From an uncultured bacterium (GTDB taxonomy: Bacteria > Patescibacteriota > Microgenomatia > UBA1400 > PJMF01), in assembly GCA_903959355.1 (NCBI GenBank), contig CAJBWJ010000025.1:1-62864 (forward strand): a stretch of 62,864 nt of DNA. Direction: 5' to 3'. The notes beneath the pieces were generated by a model that did no database searches, had not been told where the DNA came from, and saw nothing but the letters and a program-made list of their open reading frames with translations. This document shows, one piece after another, positions 9,333 to 18,400 of this stretch (its first letter is position 1; every line of letters begins with the position of its first letter). The position numbers and the translations under genes are program-made.

Positions 9333-9936
9333 CTAGAACCATTTGTAAAGTCTTTTCTTTATTATTAGAAAAAGTATCAATAACTAAATCGTAAAGCTCG
9401 TCGCGCCAAAAATCAATTGGCTCTGTCTGTGACACTTTTCCAGTTGCTACTACCCACTCCTGCCATTCTTTCGAATACATGCGCTGCCATTTTGCCAAAT
9501 TACCCTGGTAGCGATTATGAATGCTTTCTTTAGCTTCCATAACATCGACCCCATCACGATTGACGATTCTATCAATTCTAACAGCATCATCACTGCAGGT
9601 CATTAAAACTTTGAGGGTTCCTGGAATATTTTGTGCCATAAAACCTGAAAGCCAAGATTCAATGATCCAGTTTTCCTGATCAGCGACTTTTTCACGCATT
9701 CCATAATCAACTTGACGATCAAATTCATCATTATATACAGAAGCACTATGATGAGCGGATTGATCAGGATTAAATAAGCCTTTCTCGATTGCATAGGCAC
9801 GCATGAATTCACCGCCTGAAAAACCAGACCAACCTTCTGGATTTAATCTGTCTCTTAATTCTTTTAGAAGAGTCGTAGAACCACAGCCTGGTAAACCAGA
9901 AATAGTAATATTTTTATAGTTATATTGCATTGCCAT
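9313..9936 (-). CDS. Cytidylate kinase-like P-loop protein (archaeal-type CMK family)
   Basis: ITISGLPGCGSTT, SGGEFMR, DRQVD, IIESWLSG, YDLVIDT. Confidence 0.8.
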   Translation of the reverse strand: MAMQYNYKNITISGLPGCGSTTLLKELRDRLNPEGWSGFSGGEFMRAYAIEKGLFNPDQSAHHSASVYNDEFDRQVDYGMREKVADQENWIIESWLSGFMAQNIPGTLKVLMTCSDDAVRIDRIVNRDGVDVMEAKESIHNRYQGNLAKWQRMYSKEWQEWVVATGKVSQTEPIDFWRDELYDLVIDTFSNNKEKTLQMVLDAIEKK

Positions 9937-10420
9937 AATTTTGCCTTTTATCTAACTTATTAGCTACTGCTTGCATCGCTTCTTCCATTACTTTTATTCT
10001 TTTGCATGCTTCATCAAAATCAAGAAATTCTTCGCAATCAGAAAAATAATGAAAAACACGATTACGACAAGTGAGCCATGTCTCCCAAAGTTGACGGGCC
10101 ATTTCCTCACCAAACCTCACCGAGACATTGTCATAAAGCCAGTCATCATCTCTTTGATAAGATCGGATGTCTGGATTTAATGCTCTACCAATACGAAAAC
10201 GACGACCTTCATAAGTTTCTTTGCTAATTAATTGCAAATCTAAAAAAAGCTTCTTTAGAAAACCCTCATAAGCTTTGGCCATTGGAAAAACAATAAAAGA
10301 ATAATCTTTCAGACCGACTAGTTCATTTTTTTTATTTGTGAGAGAAAAACTGACATTAACTAATTCACGTTGGCATTCATCTAAGTATTCATACCAAGGC
10401 GAGTTCTTTTGTAGTTCCAT
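9920..10420 (-). CDS. HEPN-domain protein, RnlA/RNase LS-like
   Basis: DYSFIVFPMAKAYEGFLKK and RNRVFH (RX4H HEPN motif). Confidence 0.7.
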   Translation of the reverse strand: MELQKNSPWYEYLDECQRELVNVSFSLTNKKNELVGLKDYSFIVFPMAKAYEGFLKKLFLDLQLISKETYEGRRFRIGRALNPDIRSYQRDDDWLYDNVSVRFGEEMARQLWETWLTCRNRVFHYFSDCEEFLDFDEACKRIKVMEEAMQAVANKLDKRQNYGNAI

Positions 10421-10513
10421 GGGATGATTATAATAGAATAATCAAGAAATATAAACATTGATCTACTAAAATAAAAATACCTTGATTACAAGATTAAGGT
10501 ATAATGGTTTATC

Positions 10514-12889
10514 ATGAATCCTTTCCGTCTGGTACAGCAAAAAAAAGCAAAATTAAAAAAAGCCTCTGGCCTTTCGTTTGCTGTTCTGTGGAAAAAAATA
10601 AAAACAGACAGACTCTTTCAAATTGCTTTAGCTTTAATTTTTTTAGCTTTTTCCTCAATTCTTATTTATCTATACAGTCAACTGCCTTCACCAAGTAATT
10701 TAACTTCTAATGAAAATTTTCCAGTTAGCTCTCAAATTTTTGATAGAAATGGAAAATTACTCTATGAGATATATGGCAACGAAAATCGCATTCCAGTTAA
10801 AATTGTTGATTTACCAAAATATGTTCTTCAAGCAACCATAGCTATAGAAGATAAAAAGTTTTATTCGCATCATGGTCTAGATGTCAGAGGTTTATTACGT
10901 GCTGGAATTAATAATTTTAGTGGTGGAGATACTCAAGGCGGCTCAACTATTACTCAGCAGTTAGTCAAAAATGCTTTACTTAGCAAAGAAAAAACTCTAA
11001 CTCGTAAAGCCAAGGAAGCAGTTTTAGCTATTATGACCGAAGTTATATATAGTAAGGACGAAATCTTAGAGATGTATCTTAATTACATTTCTTATGGAGG
11101 CACTGCTGTTGGTATTGAAGCAGCAGCCAATAAATATTTTGATAAATCAGCTAAAGATTTAACTTTAGCAGAAGCTTCACTTCTTGCTGGTCTACCTCAA
11201 TCTCCTACAACTTATTCTCCTTTTGGTTCAAATCCAGAAAAAGGCAAAGCCCGTCAAAAAGAAGTTTTGCGTCGCATGGCAGAAGACAAATACATAAGTA
11301 ATACAGAAGCAGCAGCAGCTGAAAGCGAAGTTCTGACTTATGCCATCAAAAGAAATGATATTAAAGCTCCGCATTTTGTTTTTTATATAAAAGACTTACT
11401 TTACTCTAAATATGGCGAAAAAATGGTTGAAACTGGTGGATTGAGAGTCAAAACTACTCTTGATCTAGATTTACAAGAAACTGCTCAAGCTTCTTTATCC
11501 AGTGAATTAACTAAATTAGCTAGTTTGAAAGTTGGCAATGGAGCTGCCATCGTCATAAAACCAAACACTGGAGAAATTCTCACCATGATTGGTTCAAAAG
11601 ATTATTTTAATAGCGAAGGTGATGGTCAAGTTAATGTTGTTTTGTCACTACGTCAACCAGGATCATCGATCAAACCATTAATGTATGCCACTACTTTTGC
11701 AGAAAAAACCCTCAATCCAGGCTCAATGCTTTTGGATGTCCCGACTTGTTTCAAAGTCGCAGGTCAAAAAGAATATTGTCCAAAAAATTATAACGGTGGT
11801 TTCTCTGGTCCAGTCACAATTCGCCAATCACTTGGCAATTCACTTAATATTCCAGCCGTCAAAGCTCTTTCTACCATTGGTGTAGGAAAATTCATGGATC
11901 AAGCCAAAGCTATGGGTATTAATACTTGGACTGATCCAGCTAATTATGGATTATCTCTCACTTTGGGTGGTGGCGAAGTAAAAATGATTGAACTAGCTGA
12001 AGCTTTTGGTGTTTTGGCCAATCAAGGCGTCAGAGTTCCACTAACTGGCATCTTGGAAATTAGTAATTACAAAGGCGAAATTTTAGAAACATATGATCCA
12101 GAAATTACTAAATCTGACCTAGCTTATCTTTATGAAAATGAATTATCAGTAGAACAAGGTCAGCTAAAAAGAGTTATGGAAAGAGCTCCAGCTTATCTAA
12201 CTAGCCACATCATGCAAGATAATAATGCCCGCCAAGCAGCTTTTGGTTCAAATTCTGAACTAGTAATTAAAAATAAAATCGTATCTGCCAAAACCGGCAC
12301 CACCAATGATCTGAGAGATAACTGGACCGTGGGCTATACTCCAGAATATTTAACCATTGCCTGGGTTGGTAACAACGATAGTAAATCGATGAGTTATTTA
12401 GCTTCTGGTATCACTGGAGCTGCCCCAATTTGGCACGATATTATGCAATATATTTTGCAAGACAAAGAAACCATTTGGCCAGAAAAACCAGCCGATGTAA
12501 AAGTTGGTAATGTTTGTTTGACTGGAATGCCAGCCAAAGATGGTCTTGGACAAATAATGGTAACTAGTGGCGACAATGAAACTAGTGTTGGCGTAGTGAA
12601 TGGCGAGACCGATCCAATTGCCAGTTGCGAATCTAGAGGACAAGAACTGTACTGGGAAAGTTCCAAACCTAGTTATTCAGGCACTTTCCGTAAAGAATAT
12701 TGGATTAGAGCTGAAACTGGCTTACCACCAAAAGAAGGCGAACAAGCTAGCGATTTGAAGCTTGAGTCACATAGTTTCTATTACGATCCTCTAACCAAAC
12801 TTTACTGCGGAGACTGCGTGAGACTAGTTGATGATAAAGGCAAGATTATTTATGAACAAAATGTAATTGATGTCAAAAATATTCTTTAG
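10514..12889 (+). CDS. Class A penicillin-binding protein
   Basis: AIEDKKFY, GGSTITQQLVKN, RQPGSSIKP, SLN, KTGT; N-terminal TM. Confidence 0.95.
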   Translation: MNPFRLVQQKKAKLKKASGLSFAVLWKKIKTDRLFQIALALIFLAFSSILIYLYSQLPSPSNLTSNENFPVSSQIFDRNGKLLYEIYGNENRIPVKIVDLPKYVLQATIAIEDKKFYSHHGLDVRGLLRAGINNFSGGDTQGGSTITQQLVKNALLSKEKTLTRKAKEAVLAIMTEVIYSKDEILEMYLNYISYGGTAVGIEAAANKYFDKSAKDLTLAEASLLAGLPQSPTTYSPFGSNPEKGKARQKEVLRRMAEDKYISNTEAAAAESEVLTYAIKRNDIKAPHFVFYIKDLLYSKYGEKMVETGGLRVKTTLDLDLQETAQASLSSELTKLASLKVGNGAAIVIKPNTGEILTMIGSKDYFNSEGDGQVNVVLSLRQPGSSIKPLMYATTFAEKTLNPGSMLLDVPTCFKVAGQKEYCPKNYNGGFSGPVTIRQSLGNSLNIPAVKALSTIGVGKFMDQAKAMGINTWTDPANYGLSLTLGGGEVKMIELAEAFGVLANQGVRVPLTGILEISNYKGEILETYDPEITKSDLAYLYENELSVEQGQLKRVMERAPAYLTSHIMQDNNARQAAFGSNSELVIKNKIVSAKTGTTNDLRDNWTVGYTPEYLTIAWVGNNDSKSMSYLASGITGAAPIWHDIMQYILQDKETIWPEKPADVKVGNVCLTGMPAKDGLGQIMVTSGDNETSVGVVNGETDPIASCESRGQELYWESSKPSYSGTFRKEYWIRAETGLPPKEGEQASDLKLESHSFYYDPLTKLYCGDCVRLVDDKGKIIYEQNVIDVKNIL

Positions 12890-14093
12890 TATTTTTCTAT
12901 TCTTACTGCTAGTTCTCGTAACTCTAATTTCTATTAATGTTTTTTATGACGCTCCATTATTTTCTTCGATCAACAATAATAGTCGTTTGCGCTATCTCAA
13001 AGAATTAATTATTCCAAAAAAAGACCATAAAGTCGTTTATGGATTCTTGCCATACTGGAATATCAATGATTTTAAGATAGAAAAAGAACTAACTCATCTG
13101 TCTTTTTTTGGCCTCAACATCGCCGCCAATGGTGAGATTTCTACCAAAGATGGTGACGGGAATCTCGATCCAGGATACAGAATCATCAATGATGACAAAT
13201 TTTTCGATCTCATAGAACAAATGAAAGCACAAAATGGACAAGTGGAACTTGTTCTCAAGCAATTTGAGCCAGATACGATCACTGCTTTTATTAATGACGA
13301 GAAAGCTCATCTTAAATTTTTTCAAAGCCTAGATTCATTACTACTCGCTTATCCTATCTCTGGAATCAATATTGATATTGAATATGGTGGCGAAAATAGC
13401 CAGGCTCTTCGAGAAAATTATGTTAAATTCATGCGTAAGCTGGACTGGTATTTAGACACTAAATATAAAAACATTAAAATTAGCATCGATGTCTATGCAA
13501 GTGCTGCCAGCAGTGATCAGACAATATGGGATATCAAAGCGCTTAGTCAATATGTCGATTACATCGTTGTCATGGCCTATGACTTTCAACAAAGAGGCAG
13601 TGACCAAGCTGGACCAGTGGCGCCTTTATTCAGCGAAGACGGCAACTGGAACAAAGACATTAATCAAAATTTAAAAATGTTTTTAGATCAAGCTCCAAGA
13701 GAAAAGATTTTGCTTGGAATTCCTTTTTATGGCTATGGTTGGCAAACTGATTCTATTAATCCAAAAGCCAATGCTTATAAAGACACTGGCTTTACAGTTA
13801 GTTATAAAAAAGCCAAAGATTTATTAAATTTAAGTGAAGGGAAAAGTGCCAGTGACAGCACCTGGCTTGGAGCCACTCAAATTAAAAAATCTTTTGATAA
13901 TGATGCCTTGTCCCCATACATAACCTATAAGCAAGATGGCGAACTCTATACTATTTATTATGAGGATCCTCAATCAATAGCCTATAAATTGGAATATGCC
14001 AGACAATTAGATTTAGCCGGTATTGCTATCTGGGCACTTGGTTATGAAGACAATAATCGAGAACTCTGGCAAGCCATTGCTGATGGCATCTAA
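12867..14093 (+). CDS. Glycoside hydrolase family 18 protein, membrane anchored
   Basis: GFLPYW, GINIDIEY, VMAYDF, LLGIPFYG, GIAIWALGYED. Confidence 0.92.
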   Translation: MMSKIFFSIFLFLLLVLVTLISINVFYDAPLFSSINNNSRLRYLKELIIPKKDHKVVYGFLPYWNINDFKIEKELTHLSFFGLNIAANGEISTKDGDGNLDPGYRIINDDKFFDLIEQMKAQNGQVELVLKQFEPDTITAFINDEKAHLKFFQSLDSLLLAYPISGINIDIEYGGENSQALRENYVKFMRKLDWYLDTKYKNIKISIDVYASAASSDQTIWDIKALSQYVDYIVVMAYDFQQRGSDQAGPVAPLFSEDGNWNKDINQNLKMFLDQAPREKILLGIPFYGYGWQTDSINPKANAYKDTGFTVSYKKAKDLLNLSEGKSASDSTWLGATQIKKSFDNDALSPYITYKQDGELYTIYYEDPQSIAYKLEYARQLDLAGIAIWALGYEDNNRELWQAIADGI

Positions 14094-14114
14094 GATTTCA
14101 CTCAAAAGAAATAA

Positions 14115-14870
14115 TTACCAAATTTCGTAAGTTACAGAGACTACTTTGGACACTTCGATTTTTTCTGGAGCAGCAGCTAAGAAATCTGACATTACTGCAT
14201 TGCCGCCTTGTTCTTGAGATGAAACCGTACCAGCAGCTTCACTCAGATCGTCAGTGATTGTTACGATACGACCTACTCTTTTACCAGCAGCTTGAGCGAT
14301 TCTTTTAGCTTGCTCACGAGCATCTTTGAGAGCGGCACGGCGAGCTTCTTGAGTCACATCTTCTTGTTTGTCTGGTAAAAAACTAACATTGTTGATAGTA
14401 ATTGCACCTTTAGTGTAGAGTGTTTTGATCAACTCTGAAGTTTTGGCTGGTTCAGAACTAGATAGCTTAAAAACATTGACTACTTGATACAACTTATCAC
14501 CACCAACTACAGTTGGAGTGATTTGATAAAAGGCACGCTGAATATCTGGACTAAGTAAAATTTTCTTACTTTCATCGATGAGAAGCTTAGTGTTGTTTTC
14601 ACCCTGATTGACAGCTACCACCGGATCTACACTCGAATCAACTCTGGAGACTGTCATTTCAACTTTAGCTGGAGCCACCTGCAATTTGCCTTTGCCAACT
14701 ACAGTAATAGCCGCTGGTTTGAAAAAAAGTTGTTGAATCAAAAAAAGAGAAACTACAGCTGCTGCGCCGATCATTAATTTCTTTTTATTTTGAGTAAAAA
14801 AATTAATAGCTACTTCACTATTAATATGTGCAATAGGTGCAATTGGAAAATTATTTGGGATTTGAGTCAT
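14115..14870 (-). CDS. SIMPL (DUF541) domain protein
   Basis: ITVVGKG, ARRAALKDAREQAKRIAQAAG, VSVTYEI. Confidence 0.85.
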   Translation of the reverse strand: MTQIPNNFPIAPIAHINSEVAINFFTQNKKKLMIGAAAVVSLFLIQQLFFKPAAITVVGKGKLQVAPAKVEMTVSRVDSSVDPVVAVNQGENNTKLLIDESKKILLSPDIQRAFYQITPTVVGGDKLYQVVNVFKLSSSEPAKTSELIKTLYTKGAITINNVSFLPDKQEDVTQEARRAALKDAREQAKRIAQAAGKRVGRIVTITDDLSEAAGTVSSQEQGGNAVMSDFLAAAPEKIEVSKVVSVTYEIW

Positions 14871-14954
14871 ACTTTTTGCCTTTTCACTAACGAGTACCAG
14901 TTTAACCTATTTTCGTTTCAAGCAAAAGCAGAAAAAAATTGTTATACTAACTTT

Positions 14955-15464
14955 ATGCTGCAATTTAAAGGACTTTTCCAAAAAACTTTTGCTAATCCAA
15001 AAGTAGCCATTCTAATCGGTTCACTTGATAAATTCTTCATTAAATTGCCACATTTGCCAAAAAATATTCGCGTTCTGATCAATAAAATTATTCCGTTTTT
15101 GATTTTAATTTTTGGCATCATTGGTCTAATTGCCAGTATATTAACTGGATTTTTCCTGATTTTGGCCATTATTTCTTTAGACTGGGTAGTTATTCCAGAA
15201 ATCATTGGCAGTTTTGCTTTAGTACTACTAGATACATTGTTTTTACTCAAAGCTTTTAAACCTTTACGCAGTGGCAACGCTGTTGGCTGGATCTATCTTT
15301 TCTGGGCAGAAACACTAGAAATTGTCAATTTTATCATTCGAGTTGTAAATAAAGAAACAAATGTCTTCCTTGGAATAGGTGTGATTCTTTTAAGCTTTTA
15401 TTTGCTTTTTGAAATTGGGCAATTTTACGTTTATAAAAAAAGTGGAACTCCTACTTCTATTTAA
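14955..15464 (+). CDS. Hypothetical multi-pass membrane protein; start placed at ATG 14955
   Basis: Four hydrophobic segments; LPHLP and GWIYLFW patterns; extended -10 just upstream. Confidence 0.7.
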   Translation: MLQFKGLFQKTFANPKVAILIGSLDKFFIKLPHLPKNIRVLINKIIPFLILIFGIIGLIASILTGFFLILAIISLDWVVIPEIIGSFALVLLDTLFLLKAFKPLRSGNAVGWIYLFWAETLEIVNFIIRVVNKETNVFLGIGVILLSFYLLFEIGQFYVYKKSGTPTSI

Positions 15465-15483
15465 GTTTCCTGATTATTTAAAT

Positions 15484-18400
15484 TTATTGGTTTTCAACTG
15501 GTTGAACAAGCTCATATTGTGAAGAATTGTAAAAATATTCAATCTCTTGTCCATTACTAATAGCTCCAGCAAAACCAATTTCAACTGAATTATCTTCGAT
15601 AGGAGATTCACTGTCAAAATTAAGTCTACCTGCCTGAGCTGAAGATGGATAAAAAACGCCAGATTGTTCATTAGTTTGGCCAGTCCCAGGAGCAACCATA
15701 GCTATATGTCCCCTGGTTATAGCTATTGTAGGAATTCCTTGATTAGCCATTTCTTGAGCTTTTAAAGCAGAAGTAGATTGCCAACCTAAATCCTGTGCCA
15801 ATGGTTCTTCTAACCATTCTAGAGTAGTCGTCGCTGTCATCTTCTCACCATTTTTCCATCTTGGAATATAAACTCCAAGGGCACTTGTGACATCTGAAAC
15901 ATAGATATTACAAAAAGTTGTATCAGATGCTCGACGATAACGAAGACTTTCATCAACATTGAATAATTGTAAAGTTTTTAAATAATCATTAACATTTCTA
16001 TTAGTTGCGTACTCTGGGAAAATACTAGTATCTATCGGGTTCCACTCATCTCTGTCTATCAACATCAATGTTCCATCAGGCATGTATTTATATTTTGCAT
16101 AAGGATCCTCAACAACATATTCATCTGGCAAAGCAGTGTTCAAAATAACAGTTTTAACTTCAACTGGAGGTTGTGCTGCTATTGAAGTTGGAGATGGAGA
16201 TGGAGACGGTGACAAAGAAACACTTGGAGACGGAGATGGCGACGGTGACAAAGAAACACTTGGAGACGGAGATGGCGACGGTGATGCAGTTAAAGTCGGA
16301 CTAATAGTTTCTACAATTTGAGTTGGAGATGTTTGATTTGAAACAGTTTCTAATTGAGCATTAATTGTTTGAGAATAAATTGTAAGAAATACTCCAAGGC
16401 CAATAGATAAACCTCCTATTCCTAGTAAAATCTTTTTCCAAAAACCACTAATTAAATCATCATTTTCTGTACTTGGGGCTACAGAAGGAGATGGAGTAAC
16501 TGCGCTAGGTGATAAAGAAACACTTGGAGATGGAGACACACTAGGATCAATTGCTACTGAAACGGATGGGCTTACTGAAGGACTAACATCAACTTTTTCT
16601 TCTATTTTTTTACTGTCTTTGGTTAAACTAGAAATTTTTTCTACTAGTTCATCAAAAAATATTCTTTGTCTGGTAGAAATCGCAAAATCTCGCAAAAAGA
16701 CTCTTATCGAACTGATTCCACTTGAAATAACAGTATTTTGTAATTCAAGTAAACTCCCACTGATGATAATTCTTTCAAATTTTCCATCTTTTCCTTCTTT
16801 AAAGAAGGCCCATGATTGAAGTCCCTCTATATCTTTGCTGACATTGCCAAACAATAAATCTGCCACATCTTCAACTTCATCAGAAGTTAGATCTTTATAT
16901 TTAACAGTTGAGCCAAAACCGAAGATGCCACCTTCTCTGATACTCATTTTCTTACTATTAAGCATTTCTTCAGCCAGAATCGTGGCTCTATAAACAGAAT
17001 CTATAGCACTATCAACATCTGCTCTGGTCTTTCTGATCATGGCCTCACGAGTATTTATCCAAGCATTAAGATACAACTGCACACACTGATTTTGCATGCC
17101 ATGAGCATTAACCACCTGATTACGAGTGTCGCCTAATTGCTTTATAGCTGCTTTTTTCTTAGCTTCTGCCTGTTTAGCTAGATCTGCTGCTTTTGTTTGA
17201 TCTCCAGCTGTTTCGGCTATTAAAGCTTGTTCATTGAGAGCATTGGCTTCGGCCATTAAATTATCAGAAATTTGCACACCATTTTTAGTAGCTTCGCGAA
17301 CTTGAGCACAATCAGAGCACAAATCATTAAAAGCTAAGCTATCAGCATTAGACATCTCTCCCTGGAAAGATCCTGGGTTTGTGCCATGAGCTATGGCATC
17401 AATAAATTCATAACGAAGTGGAGCAACTTGCTTGAGATATTCTGGAGCAACTGAATACAAAGCTATAACATCTGCTAAATCTTCAGTTACAGCACGATCG
17501 TGTTGATCTCCACCAGCATCCTTGTAAGAATAATAGGCTTTCGCATAGTCAGTTGGTGGCAATTCAGTTGAACCTTTAGTTGAACCATAAAAATTATTAT
17601 CAAAAGAAGTAAGTAGTCTTGATTTGACGTAATTGCCATTAGCATCTTTTTCATATTTAATGATGTGACCAATTTCATGAATTAAAGCTGCTATAGATGC
17701 CTTATCTGACAAACCAATGTTAGATAATATCTTCTGCAAATGACTCTTCGTTTCATAATCAGATGTAAATTTAATAGATCCAAGCCACTGACCATTACTC
17801 AGAATCTCACTACCAGAAATTCCATAATAACTTTCACCACCATCAATTGTGCCAGGCTCCATTTTTTCTAATCTTATTTGATCAGTTTGCAGATAAGAAT
17901 AAAAAGGCGCTACCTTTTCGAAAGCAGATTGATAAGCAGATAAGTCTTTAGAATTAATTGATTGACTGTATTCTGCAAAATAAAAACCAACTTTTTGATT
18001 ATTACTATTAACAAAAGTTAATTCTGGTATATTTTCAGCATCCAACACTTTATTAGTTTTAGAAGAGTTGAAAAAAGATGCTGTTAAAGAGTCTGGGGCC
18101 GCTGTACTTAAAGAGCCATTTACCTTAGAAACTGTAGAAATGTCGCCTTGCGAATCTGACTGGGAAACAACAGTTGGAGAATAAATCTTGAAAGCTAACT
18201 TAGATATTTCTGTAATAATTCCAGGAGTAACATTATATTGTGTCTTATTGTCCAAGGCATTATAAATAACAATCGTATAGGCATCGCCATTTGGAAGTGT
18301 CACTATTGCAACATCTGAAGCTGTGAAAATGTCATCCTCTAAAACTGTCCCTGTTTTGTGAGCCATTTTGGCTTTAATTTCTGCTGTCAATCCAGCTCCA

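Noticed and set aside
14790..14954. Extended 5' end of ORF 14790..15464
   Set aside because: Overlaps the divergent SIMPL gene; ATG 14955 has a better promoter context
16188..16284. 36-bp repeats as a CRISPR array
   Set aside because: Head-to-tail with no spacers, in frame, encoding a Ser/Pro linker; no cas genes in the window
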